Origin: Asterias rubens
Taxonomy: Eukaryota
Reading direction: 5' to 3'
NCBI RefSeq assembly: GCF_902459465.1
Contig: NC_047082.1
Location: 9,176,001-9,240,000 of the forward strand
Length of the DNA: 64,000 bases
Below are positions 1 through 13,800 of the stretch, in pieces. A program made the translations under genes and the position numbers. Under the pieces are notes generated by a model that worked only from the letters and a program-made list of their open reading frames with translations, was not told the origin of the DNA and did not search any database. Positions within the stretch are counted from its first letter, which is position 1. Each line of letters begins with the position of its first letter.

Positions 1-309
1 GCTATACCATTTAACATGTTCGCTATAATCTGTGACTGGTATCCTGCACATTTCTGCTAGGCAGACAATATTGTTAAGCAATATTTTCTGCTTAAGCAGC
101 TTTGTGAAATTGGGGCCTGGTGGGGCCACCTTTCTCAAGATGGAAACAAAAATAAAGAAACCAAAGTCTGAGCGTTATGCAAGAAGCAATGCTGTGAACA
201 AGTCAAAAAAGCACTATCCAACATTGTTACAAACATTAGTAACAAATGAGTGGGATTAGAAACTGTGCATAGTAGAACCAAGAGAGGTTTGCCCAGAAAC
301 AATGTTAAT

Positions 310-480
310 TTTTTTTTATGCAAGTCGCCAGACACACAAGGCCTGAAGGCCACTTCAAGGTGTGGGCTACAATTATTTTTTCCAGAGGCCGTTGCCACCT
401 ACTCCTAGGGCTGAAACAGGGTTACCCCTTTTACAGTCCATACGGATGTTGGCTTGAGTATCATCAGTCCGAAGCCTGGC
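310..480 (+). repeat. Dispersed repeat, inverted copy at 54775-54945
   Basis: TGCAAGTCGCC..ACACACAAGGCCTGAAGGCCACTTCAAGGTGTGGGCTACAATTATT is present at both sites. Confidence 0.75.
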
Positions 481-1300
481 CAGTAAAGCAGAATAATTCT
501 CCTTGTGAGCTGTGGAGGTGGTTCTGGAAAGAGCTGAGTGTTTACGACTCACCACCGGCTCGTCACAGAACCACCACAGTTTACCAAAAAATATTATTAT
601 TTTCATGGCGTCTCTGCAAACCTTACTTGATAGTGGCAAATAAGCAATTATTTAGTAAGCATGTATGAGCACAGCTGTATCTCAAATAAACAAGAAATAA
701 GGTTTTAATAATTTAAGTAGTCAAATAAGACAATTTTAAGAATCAAATAAAAAACAAAATATTATGGTGCAGAACTAATGTTTATTGCTTTGGAATCAAT
801 TTCCATGAACAGCTTTTGTTTTCAATTTGGTTGAGGAAAAACAAAATAGTAATAATAACTGTAATAAAAAAAACGTATTGAAGCCACCATTATTCTCATG
901 GTCCCTATGAATAATGCATGCTGATTTGCATTACACTGAAAAGGGTACCAAACCATAAGGCCCTACCAGCCTCGGTTTGGTGACACTGCTTTCAATTGGG
1001 GAAGAAAACAAGATGGCTTCACCATTACACTGAGCTGAAATTAACCGAATTTATTTATGAACTGTAACCATGTTAATAATGTCATAACAACATTTAATAT
1101 TGATACCGACTTGAACAAAATGTAAAGTTCAACTCCAATTTGCTAGTTCTTATCATTTTATCAGGCAGATGTTTTAATGCCGCAGATTGTCTAGTTTGAA
1201 CCAGTTTTATCCATAATCATATCTGGTTGTTATGTGGGTGCATCTAATTCCCTAATCACTTCCAAATGCAACTCACAGTCCAGTTCAGACCAGTCCGACC

Positions 1301-1790
1301 CAGTTTGAACCAGTCGTGACCGGTTCTTCACTTCCATGCAACTCTCATGACACAATAACAAATAGTCATGGAATGTAGTACTGCGTTTGGTTGTGTTCTG
1401 TACAGACTCAACCCAAGATAGGAAGATGAGTAAAACCAGTCAGATCCAGTTTGAACCAGTCGTGACCGGTTCTTCATGTCCATGCAACTCTCATGACACA
1501 ACAACTAATAGTCATGGAATGTAGTACTGTGTTTAGTATCTTGTGTACAGACTCAACCCGAGATAGGAAGATGAGTAAAAACAAGTCAGATCCAGTTTCG
1601 ACTGGTTCTGTCCACTTTCAGCTTGGAATGTTTGTCAAAGTCTTCTGACCAAGTTCGAACCAGTTGTGACCGGTTCTTCACTTTCACACAACTCTCATGA
1701 AACAATCACAGAAGGTCACAGAGTGTAGTACTGCTTGGTATCTGCTGTATAAGACCAGTCAGATCCAGTTTGGACTGGTTCAATCCACTT
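1301..1790. repeat. 146-bp tandem repeat (2 full units plus diverged partial units) downstream of the transferrin stop codon
   Basis: Units start at 1301, 1447 and 1593 (CAGTTT..). Confidence 0.8.
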
Positions 1791-2411
1791 TCAGCTTGGA
1801 ACGGTTGTCAAATTCTTCAGTTTGTGCCTGTACCTTCCTCTCCACATGGGATCGCGTCCCTCTCTCATCAGCTAGACCTCACCATGAAATTTCTCAAAAT
1901 AGCCTGTTAGTTAATATCTAAATGCAACTAAAGTCTAAGCAAACAAGTCTGAGTACATCATTTATGGGTTAAAACAAAAAAGCTGAAAAAAATGCATGAA
2001 AAAAAAAAAAATTATAAGCTGAAGCAAGCAGAAAAGCAACCCCTTAAAACCATCTTATTAGTAAAGTTGTGTAATTGCACATACCAACACAATCAATACA
2101 AAATATCATGTAATGTTGGCAGCACTCTAATTCAACCAATAAAACCAGTTAACACCTTACTGTAAAAGAACACACACTGATTTAGCATGAGTACTTTTTC
2201 AGTCAAGTTTTTTAACTACAAAAAAACGAGAAAAAAAAAACCCCCAAAACAAACATTTTGATACCAGGCCATTGTTAAAAACAAAAAAAGAGATATTTCC
2301 CAGTCTTGACGTCGACTCACGCCGAAACCCAGGCTGCCAGAATGTGACATTTCTTATGCCGACTTAGAGGCCCTCCTCTCAAAAGGCCTTTCATTTCTGA
2401 TCGAACCCTCT

Positions 2412-5400
2412 CTAGCCAACAACGATGCGGCGAATCACCAAGGCGATATTCACCACGAGGAAAGACGCCAGGAGGTTGCCAGCTGATGACGTGCCTCCAT
2501 CATCCTTGTCGCAGTAGATGGCCTCGACGTCTTCCAGGTATTCCTTGCTCAGGAACTTGTCGTAGGTGTCTTTAGACCTGCGGTCCAGGAGCTGGACGGT
2601 GGAGTCTTTGAAGATGAGATTGTTAGAATTGGTGTAGTTGGACGAATCAAACATTCTAAACCCTGGACCTGTGTCACTCTTGAAAAGATTCTATGAAAAA
2701 AACCCAAAAAAAAAACACCTGAATGTTGGGTTGTATAGGCACTAAGGTGAGTCGAGTCTCTTGCATGGAACAGAAGTTGCAACATGATACAGGTTTCTTT
2801 GCAGGATTCCGACTGACAGCATTGTGGCCAGCGCGCCCAAGCTGGTCTCATGCCATCACGCTTGACTGGTTTTAATAAGTAACACCATCGCAACATTCCT
2901 ACCTATCATACAATCTATGAAGGGGAAATGCATTCTCAAAAACAAAAGTATATTATTGTTTAACAAAAGTGACACTCAACCACTAATTAATCTTTCTTTC
3001 TTACTATAACAAATTCATACTAGAATTTCAGGTAGATTAAAATAATTTCTGTTGGGCAAGTATTTCCAGTCAGCAATCAGCATACAAGGGCAAATATCAA
3101 TTCACTGTCTTTTGCAAAGAAAATACAACTAAATATTTGTATATTTCTTTTCTGCCACAGCCAGGAACACTGAGGCGAACCCCTTCTCTTCTCGATAAGT
3201 GCACTGGGTTGTTTTGGGTGCGTTACACGACATAAGGGACCAACGGCTTTACGTCCCATCCGAAGGACGAAGCAGAGTTAAGTCACTCGCTTAAAGGCAG
3301 TAGACACTATTGGTAATTACTCAAAATAATTATTGGCATAAAACCTTTCTTGGTGACAAGTAATGGGGAGAGGTTGGTGGTATAAAACATTGTGAGAAAC
3401 AGCTCCCTCTGAAGTGCCATAGTTTTGGAGAAAGAAGTAATCTTCCACGAATTTGATTTCAAGACCTCAAGTTTAGAACTTGAGGTCTCGAAATTAACCA
3501 TCTAAACGCACACAACTTCGTGTGCAGGGTGTTTTCTTCTTTCATTATTATCTCACAACTTTGATCACCGATTGAGCTCAAATTTTCACAGGTTTGTCAT
3601 TTTATGCATATGTTGAGATACACCAACTGTGAAGGCTAGTCTTTGACAATTACCAACAGTGTCCACTGCCTTTAAGAAACACAAAGGCTTGAGTTCGGTG
3701 CTCTTAAGCCCTCCACCATGACACTTATTAAATCAAACTGAATGGACTGTTTTTCTCTGCATTTGCATCTATGAACTGTTTGCAAAGGTCCATATCAAAC
3801 CAAAGTTGAAATCCTTCAACTCCTTGAAAAGATAATACTGCTTGGCCACGACACTTACATGAAGTGTCTCTCCAAAAAGAAAGAAAACAAACAAACCTGT
3901 CCATTAGTCAACAGGTCGACCATATCCTTCTTCTCGGCAGCAGTCTTGTCGCCAGACGTGACCACAGCGTGTGATGGTACCCTGGCAAGATTGCAGTTCA
4001 TGTAGTCATCTATCTCGGCTCTGGAACCGTCTGGGCACAGCAACTGGTAGTCTGCCTTATTCAGATTTATCGCCCAACTAGCTTTGTTTGTCCCGCCGGT
4101 GTTGTCCCCTACTGTAGTGTGCTTCACAAAGGCAACGTCACCCGCCCCTTCAGCCATGCATCTGCAGTAATCAAAAGATAATATGGCTATTATCTTTGCG
4201 TCACTGCGGGGCCCAATTTCATAGAGCTGCTTAAGCAGAAAATATCGCCTAACATTTGTCTACTATTAAAAAAGCAGAAATGAGCCGGATACCAGTGACA
4301 AATTGTTCTTGTGACATGTTAGTTTGGCTGGTACCCTTACTCTGGTAAGCGCACTTTTGTTATGCTTAGCTACTTGGTGTGCTTAAGCAGCATTATGAAA
4401 TTGGGCCAAGTACATTGAAGAAGTAATCTAAACAGGGCCCAATTTCATGGCCGTGCTTACCAACACTTACGAAATGCGGATTTACGCACTAACGTCTAGC
4501 ATATTTCACGGGTTTGCCGGAAACTTTTGCTTGTGCGTGTGCGTACTACATGTTCCTAGGTATTCTTAGCTAAAAAAAGCTAGAGCAGAAATTTGGCGCC
4601 TGCACAGTACGCAGATAATGGTGATCGCAGGTGCAGAATTCGACGGTAAGCAGAGCCATGAACAAAAATAATCCACAGGCATAATACCCAGGTGGGATTC
4701 GAACCCAAGACACCTATTAAACATCATTCAAATATATGTGGTGCTTACTGTTCAGTAAAATGGAGTGACTAAATCAAATAAGCAACGGATTTATCTTCAA
4801 CCTACCGGAATGCACCAGCGTAGCCAGCGTACGGTTCTGCAGCACTAGATGCACATTTGTCAGTTCCTACTCCTGTACAAAGCGCACAAAGGCTTTCTGG
4901 GTTGGTACCATCGGGGTCATTTTTCTCTGCTTTGCTTCCCGACGCACAGCTTTCACTGAAAAACTCACCTTTAAAAAAAAAAAAAAAAAAAATTCTTAAT
5001 TAATTATAAAAATAATATACAATGTAGTTGAAAAGATATTTCATGAGCAGAAATTAATGATTTACCTAAATATTCCAATTAGCAGTTACCAGTAAATAAT
5101 AACCAGTTTTTATAAAGCACTTTTTACACCCGAAGGGCGTTTTAAAGTGCTTCGAATATTATTATACCCCCTGGTGGCTGGCCCTTAAATCATTCCTTAA
5201 ACCATCTCAGCTCACTGAGGTGTATACTCCTCAGTGCAAAAAGTTTGCGTACTCGGCTAAATCAATCGCAAGAACCATCTCTGCCCTAACAGGTACCCAT
5301 TGACCCCTGGTTGGAGAGAAGCATGTTAAGTGTCAGAACTCCCTAATCCACACTCTGTCGAACAAAATCTCAAAAACTGGAGTTCGGTGCTCTTATCCGC

Positions 5401-7808
5401 CCGACCACACAACACCCTAGTAAGTGTAGTCGTCACCTTGCAGTGGCCGTCCAGCCCTGCGATGTCAAGGCGATTTCTTATTAAAAATAACTTCAAAACA
5501 AACTCCTTACCGACAGCTTGAGGGATGTCACAGGTTTCGGTTACGACGATGTCACCGCGAGTGATAAGGAAGCCTACTGGGACGATCCATCCAACGGTCC
5601 TCATTATACCTGTGTGACAAGACTTCTTCCCCTATGGACACAAAATCAATCCAGAAATAATAATAAAATTAACATCAGTCTGATTGACGATGACTAGAGC
5701 AACTAGTCAAAAAGTTTAAAAACTCACTCTGCGGTAGGGCAGTTTATAATAACAATCCTATAAGCTAAAGTAGGAGTCCCACCCATTTGTCATACCTTCA
5801 GCCTAGGGATTAAAGACAGTGTACACTATTGGTAATTGTCAAAGACTAGCCTTCACAGTTGGTGTATCTCAACATATGCATAAAATAACAAACCTGTGAA
5901 CGTTTTAGCTCAATCGGTCGTCGAAGTTGCGAGATAATAATGAAAGAAAAAAACACCCTTGTCACACGCAGTTGTGTGCGTTTAGATGGTTGATTTCGAG
6001 ACCTCAAGTTCTAAATCTGAGGTTTCAAAATCAAATTCGTGGAAAATTACTTCCTTCTCGAAAACTACGTCACTTCAGAGGGAGCCGTTTCTCACAATGT
6101 TTTATACCATCAACCTCTCCCCATTACTCGTCACCAAGAAAGGTTTTATGCTAATAATTATTTTGAGTAATTACCAATAGTGTCCACTGCCTTTAAAAAG
6201 CAGGACAGTTCTTTTCAGAACAGAGAAGTCTCCCGAAAAAAAAAAACAATAACGTTTCTAAAGCCCCATAATATATCCAATAAATTGCCTAACAGGTGCT
6301 GTGCATAAAAGGTTTACTACAAGAACACTATACATTTTTTAAAGCTATACATGCTAAAAAGATAAGAAATTCATTCAAATCAAACCAGGCATAGATTTTA
6401 AAAAGTCAGAGCAAAATATGCACAAATCAATGTACACAAACAATTTAAAAACGCATGAATTAATGTACACAAACAATTTAAAAACGCATGAATCAATGTA
6501 CACAAACAATTTAAAAACGCATGAATTAATGTACACAATCAATTTAAACAAGTCCACTTATATTCAGCATTAAATAGATGAGTCTTAAGATGCAATTTAA
6601 AAACAGCAATGGAGTTCAAATTTCTTTAGTCTGCAGGAAGACTGTTCCATAGCTGTGGTGTCACCCTGCAGTAAGCTCTTCCTCAAACTGATTTAAAGGG
6701 TCCAGCCGTCGATTTCACCAAACTCTTCCTAACTTAGGATTAATCTTAGGACTTATGACAGGTTCAGATCCGTATCAAAATACGTAGGACGCACTGAACC
6801 CGTGCTAAGTTAGGATGGGTTACTCGTCCTAACTCGAGTTAGGATTAATCCTAGCGTTTCGTGAAATCGGCTGCAGGTACTTTTTTGAAAAACAAAACAC
6901 AATGTCCACAGGTTTACATTAAACTTGCACAGTTTGAAGATAATGATGGTAGAAAAAATTCCTTTAAAATATTTCTTTCTGAGGTGCCGTGTCTGAAACT
7001 GCGACTTTGGCTACAGCTGCGGCTAGATCAGCGCGTCTATTAGTGTTGAAGAATAGGCAGATGTGCACACTAGCCATAGCGGTAGCCGAATTCGCTATTT
7101 CAGACTGGTCTTACCTTCAGGTCGTTGATGGTGAATGTAGTATCTCTTTTGACGACAGCAATACCCCAGTAGGTGCTGTCCCCTTGCCCGTAATCCTCTG
7201 CCATGATTGGGGAGACGCCACTCTCACGCCCTGCCTTGTACAGAACTCCAGCATCAAGGGTGATCAGATCAGCGCGATCGTCTATGGATTTTGGAGAAAG
7301 TTCAGAATTCTTATTATTATTATTTATTTGGCATTCAATCATGAACAGAGAGAGCAAGACAATAATCAAAATGACACAAGAACATACAACAGGGACAGCA
7401 TGCCAGAACAAAAAACAGTAACCTAACATCTGTGGCCTGAGGGCCTGTTTCCTATGCTACTGGCTTTAGAAATGATAACTATCCAAAATGTTTACTAAAT
7501 TCAGCTGACTGTTCACTGATCATAAAAGTTGAAATGTTGTAAAAATGATAATAGAAGACCCACACAAGCCTTCATTTGGGTATTTTGATTAAAAATAGGT
7601 AACTTTATATACACATATTGTATGATTGATTAAAACAATCATACAACATGTGTATAGTGACCTCAAGAGTCAAATTGTGTATACAAATGATGGCAAAAAA
7701 TGGTCGGTCGTATTGGCATAGATTTTTTTTTTCCACAAGAGTTTGCTAAACAATTTGAGGAAAGTGATGAGAAACTAGCAAACTAGAGAAAACAAACTAA
7801 AAAGAAAT

Positions 7809-7883
<75 letters not shown>

Positions 7884-10800
7884 CATTACAAACATTTACA
7901 TATAGAAACAATTTGATTTTACAAAACTAAAACTGTAAGCTTGTAGGCTGGGATGCCTTGGACAAAGCAAAACTTTAGCCCCTTTCACACGAGAGCAATT
8001 TAGCAAGGGTCCCTTGCTAAATTGTAGCATGGTTGTAAGATTTTACAAAATGCACCTCGTGTGAAAGGACAACATTTTTTGGAGTGTCCAGGGTCCCTTG
8101 TCAAATCTTGTCCAACATTGCTACATTTTGTCGGAGGTCCGGACCTACGACAAAATCTTACACTAGCGGAAGTTTTTACAAAGGACGTGGGCTACATCAT
8201 CGGGTGAAAGGAATCCTTGTTTATTGAACGACGTCCTAGGACAAAAATGCCCATACAGCGCATGCTATTGTGGGTGCTATCTTGTCCAATCAGAAGGTGA
8301 TCAGGATTACCAATTCGTCATATCACTCTCATGTCGCACAAAGGTTGTTAGTTTTTTAACTTTAGTGGGAAAGCTCACAAAATCAGTCCCACACAGTGAT
8401 AACAAAAAAACAATCCACACTCGTAAATTTTGTAGCAAAGAACCCTGGCTACATTTTGGACGTGTGAAAAGGGCTAAAGAATGACGTGAAACTGACGAGC
8501 ATACTTGTGATTTCAGCAACACAATCCAAATCAGTGTAGCTTTGGAAGCAGGATACACGTGGAGTGAAACCCTCGCCCGCGAAGGCCGAACTCATGGCTC
8601 GACATTTCTCCTTCTCAAAGTCAGAGGTCACACACCAGCGGAGGGTGTTTGCTGGACATTTTTCCAGACCTAGATGAAAGGAAAAAAAATTGTCAAGATT
8701 TAGTTTCAGTTGATGTATGACCTCAACATCTGACATCACACTTTGAGGCACGTAAATAACATCAGCCGTCGATTTCACAAAGCGTTAGGACTCGTCTTAT
8801 CTAGAGTTAGGATGAATAACTCGTCCTAACTTAGGATTAATCTTAAGGTCTGCATGCTACAGTGCAGGGTTGGGACTCGTCCGAAGTCCTAAGATTAGTC
8901 GTAAGTTAGGAAGAGTTTTGTGAAATCGATGGCAGATACTTGCATTTAGAACCTGCTAGTTGCCTGCTAGGGACAATAATACGGAGTTGGTCTAGTTGGT
9001 AAGACACTGCTCTAGTATTGCAAGGTCGTGGGTTCGAATCCCACCCGAGTAATATGCCTGTGTTTTCTTTTCACAGAGCTCGGGAAAGTGCTGAATAAAC
9101 AGTGGTTACACATATCAATGTAAACGAGTAGAACTACAATGAATAACATCATTACAGAGCTGAAAATGCTAAAAATTGGAGCAAGTAACAAGGTATTTTG
9201 GCATGGTAACCTTTTTCGAGTAAGCATAATTTTGTTGTGCTTGACTATTTTATGTGCTTAATTTTATTTATTTGGGTTTGGGAGTCATGACACCTGTTCC
9301 TGAGCAATACACTTAATTACATGCTTCTCTCCACCCAGGGGTAAATGGGTACCTGTGAGGACAGAGATGGTTCTTGTGATTGATTTAGCCATGTAGCGCA
9401 TATTAGTTGCACGGGGCTGTATTCAACCCAGGGAGCTGAGATGGTTTAAGGAATGAATCAAGGCCCAGTGACCAGGGGTAATAATGTGAAGCGCTTTGGG
9501 ACGCCCTTCCGGTGTTAAAACCTAAAAACCGACTATTATCATTATTTTTAATTGTTCCCCATAATTTATAACCCTCAATAGAACCTTTTAGAGTAGCGAG
9601 GTACGATTCACCCAGGTATTGGGCATAATCTTTGTCGACAACATTCTTGAGTGAAACTGTAGAATCCTTGAACAGAAGGTCGGAGCCTCCTGTGTAGAGT
9701 GTCGAGTCGAACATGGAGAAACCGTTCGAGTTGACATCCTCACCAAAAAGAGTCTACCACAAAGAATAAATCAAACATTACGGAAAAGATAACGGCAAGT
9801 TTCTATTCACGATACATCTTTTGGTTTCTTGGAAATGGTTTAAAGTTTGGTTAAAGGGTTTCAATACCTTTTGTAGATCAAGTATTGGGCAAGTATTTAT
9901 TTTTCATTTATTTACTTGTTTATTGATTTATCTAGATACTCATTTGATTATTATTTACTCTTCCCAAAATGTAAATTTTGTTGTTTTAGTAAATTTTCTG
10001 TATTACCTTGATAATTTATTAATTGTAAGTGTAACTAATTAAATAATGTTCAATACCTGAGCTTGCTGAAGCACATCTCGAAAATCGGCAAGAACGGTTG
10101 AAATGTATTTACTGGAGGTCATGACAGCGTGTGTTGGAACCTGTAAACAAAACAAACACCACAAATTGTCTTAAAGGCAGTGGACACTATCGGTAATTGT
10201 ACTTGAAATAATGATGAGCATAAAACCTTACTTGGTAACGAGTAATGGGGAGAGGTTGATAGTATAAAACATTGTAAGAAAACTCTGAAACTCCGAAAAC
10301 TATGTTACTTCAGAGGGAGCCGTTTCAATGTTTTATACTATCTACAGCTCTACGTCGTTTCAAGACTGCCGTAAAGAATGGTCGGCCTTCGTCAACCAGC
10401 CGCAGACACACTTGTGAGTGGTTTATTATAATATAACTCTTAACACAATAACTACATAAGTTCCCCAACCAAAATCAACCCGACTCCCTCCGAAAAAAAA
10501 AAAAAGAACAAGACACAATTATTCACTCACAAAAGCAAGATTGCAGTTGGCCTCACTTCCGACCGCTGCTCTGCTACCATCAGGACACAGCAATTCAAAG
10601 TCAGCGCTCGATAAGTCGCGTGCCCAGTCGTCACCGCTTGCCCCGTCGGTGTATTGGGTGATCGTAACTGGTTTGATGAACGCCACATCACCTGCGCCTT
10701 CAGCCAAACATCTTGATCAAGAAGAAGGGAAACATTAATTGTCACCTACTGCAGCAAATTGGTAATGGAAGTACAACTGAGAGCCATAAAGCTTAGACAT

Positions 10801-13800
10801 TGGCCCTTTTCGAATCCACCGTCTCAGCTTTGGATTCAGCTTCAGGCTCCATTCCCCGTCTTATATAAGCACACGCGCATGTCAAAACAACCGCAGGGCT
10901 AAGCTAGCCTGAGCTGAATCTTGAGCTGAAGCCGCGGATTCAGAAAGGGGTTTTCATGATGATAAGCAGCTAAAGAGTGTGGACTTTACAGGGGTGAGAG
11001 TCAATACTAACAAGCAGTCTGAAACTTGGATACAAGTTCAAAGGTATGTTGAAATGTTGGCATTTCTACTGTTTGGTAACCCCTGGGGTTAAGATTCCAA
11101 GAAAATTTTGGAAACAGTATCCAAAGCACCAGAGTAGAGGACAAATGAGCAGGATTTCTTTATTTGTGGAAACAAATATTTTCTGATTTTCTTCACCAGA
11201 CCGACATAAAAAGACTTAATTCAGCCAAAAGACTGAACAGTCTCATCCCTGACTTTACCTGAATGCGCCAGCATAGTTATAGTACAGCTCGCTGGAGCTG
11301 CGAGAACAGTCAGTGCTCAGACACAGATCACACAAACTATCAGGGTTAGTACCAAATGGATCGTAGTCGGGAGACTTAGCACCTGGGAAGGATCAAACAA
11401 ACATTATTAATCACTAAAATTCAAAGTTTCTTTTTCTTGCGAAATCAACTTCAGAGTTCCCCCTAAACAGTAACTCGTTGGCCAGATGCAATAAAAATGG
11501 TCAAGTAACAATGTTTAGTGTCCCCGCTCGCTTCCATTTTAGAGCCGCTTGTATTCAAAGCTGTGTCGAAAGGTAAACACACATCGGGTCTCAGTAGGGC
11601 TGTATAACAGGGACTTTTCGTTTTCGACAACGGATGGTTCCGCGACGGTAAAGATGACATTTGGCGTCATCTGCGCATGCGTCGGCTTTGACGACTGTCG
11701 TCCCTCAATTTCTATGACAGTACTTGGGATGAATCTTCGTTGTGCTAAAAACGACAACGTTTAGCTGAACAACCGTCGCAGAACCATCCGTCGTCGAAAA
11801 ACGAAAAGTCCCTAACATTATGGATAAGAGAAAGAAAAAAAACCACCCAGGATATCATTTAGGGCTGCATAGTACAAGGATAAGAGCTAGTGTTAAAAGG
11901 GGCTTTTGTGGATTCAGCTACAACAAAGGTTCGGTTGTGAAGGGTTTTACTTGAATAACCACCCACACAATAATGGACCCATTTTCAGAACTAAAACCCC
12001 TCCAGATCCCATTCTTGGATGTGCACCAGAGCACGACGACTGAAACCCACATTCACTATCTGTCTAGACATCAAATGTGGGTCCAGTTCATCTATCACTT
12101 CTTCTTGGTGTATCTAAACATATTAGGCATAAAATAACGAACCTGTCAACATTTGAAATCAACTCGTCAATGAAGTTGTAAGATAATAATGAAAGAAAAA
12201 GCGCCCTTGTCACACGCGTTGTGTGCGTTTAGATGCTTGATGTTGAGACCTCACATTCTAATTATGAGGTCTTGAAATCAAATCCGTGGAAAATTACTTC
12301 TTTCTCGAAAACTACATTATTTCAGAGGGAGCCGTTTCTCACAACATTTTATATTATCAACCTCTCCCCATTACTCGTAATCAAGAAAGGTTTTATGATA
12401 ATAATTATTTTGAGTAGTTACCAATAGTGTCCACTGCCTTTATTAGATAATCGATAAAACAGGAATGAAACTGAATAAATAATCAAATAATACAAAATAG
12501 CAAAACCACTCATCCATAAGCTGAAACCTCCATTATTTTATGCCAAGTGAACGTGTGAAAGTTGCATTCAGTATACAGCTCCTTCTTAAAATGGGTTTTC
12601 TTTAAACTTTCAATTAAATAGAAGCTAAGCACTAAACGTTTCGGTTCATCAAACTGGTTCATAATAAAACGCATCGATAAACTTTTCTTCTGAATATGTA
12701 ACTAAACAATTTTGTTGAAGGGATTTTCTGGGATTAGTAGAGCCAACAATGGAGTAACAGACAGGGTTCATCCATTGTGCAATCAACAATGTATAATATG
12801 ACAAAACAAACCCATTAAATAATCTGGGCCGAGTCACGAAGAAAAGAAGAAAACAAATAAACCCATTAAATAATCTGGGCCGAGTCACGAAGAAAAAAAA
12901 AAAAAAATCTTACACAATTTGAAAGTCCTATTTGATTTCATAACAACCAAAATCTGACTTCACTTCAGAGGGGAAATATTTCCTAGAAGTAAAAAAAAAA
13001 TTGTTCTAGTATAAACCTACATACCTGCATACCCTACTACTACCTTGGCGAAAGGTACATAAACGACTGGACTACTACTTTAAGCTTATAAATAGGTGTG
13101 TTATTAACAGCACTACCATGGAGAGAGTTCTATAATTTGTCTCAGCGTTTCGACTAGGATAGTTTGCTCTATGTCTTCGTCAGGCGACTGAAAGCAGATT
13201 CATACAATGTAGGCTTATCAATCAATTGTTACATCATGACTTGATGACTACTTTTTAGTATTATCAATCGTCAGCAAATAGCCAGGCTTTTAGCTAGAAA
13301 ACCACTTCACCCTTGTACCTTGTCTATTGAGCTTAAATCTAGGTTAATACAGTCACCTGGGGACCTTGCGTCACACCCAACAAACAAAGCCGACAATACA
13401 ACAGCTCAAGACACTGGTTCTAGAAGGGACCAATGTTTGAGGTTGTGCTTTAGCTATTTCTCATGAAGAGGAAGTTGAATGATGGATATGTCAAGGTTTT
13501 TCAGGGGATGGAGGGGGGGGACACCAGCCAGTGGGATAAGTAAGCTTTTTGTCAACGGCTTTCTCACGTTTCCATTATTCAAATGAAGAGAAAAAAAACG
13601 GATGTTTTTCAACACAGAACTAGTCGGTCAAAATTATCACGATACACGTTTCAGTATTTTTTCTCTTTACAAACCTGGAGCACAGCTTTGGCTGAAGAAA
13701 TTCCCGGCAGATGTAATGTCGTCCTGGCAGTCTTGGGGAGTCATATCACCTTTCTCCATGAGGAAACCTACGGGGACGTTCCATCCGGCGGTCTTCTTCA

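Noticed and set aside
900-1050. CAGTG(T) hexamers on the transferrin sense strand as possible iron-responsive elements
   Set aside because: The flanks cannot form the 5-bp upper stem with bulged C.
1301-1790. CRISPR-like or satellite array
   Set aside because: Eukaryotic context, no unique spacers and no cas genes; only 2-3 units.
2305-2335. TTGACGT...CGAAAC as a hammerhead core near the transferrin stop codon
   Set aside because: Lacks A9, a proper helix II and a valid helix III/cleavage triplet.
5927-6180. Recurrent short ORFs such as [26 protein letters not shown] (also near 3307, 12233, 19910, 24877, 56927, 59023, 60439)
   Set aside because: Chance frames within MITE family A; they vary by frameshift between copies and have no transposase motifs.
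8970-9050. tRNA-like sequence
   Set aside because: A/B boxes are present but there is no full cloverleaf, and it continues into a shared SINE body; same for 42080-42160.
11941-12120. Candidate for the missing transferrin exon
   Set aside because: In-frame stop; the true exon is 11259-11382.
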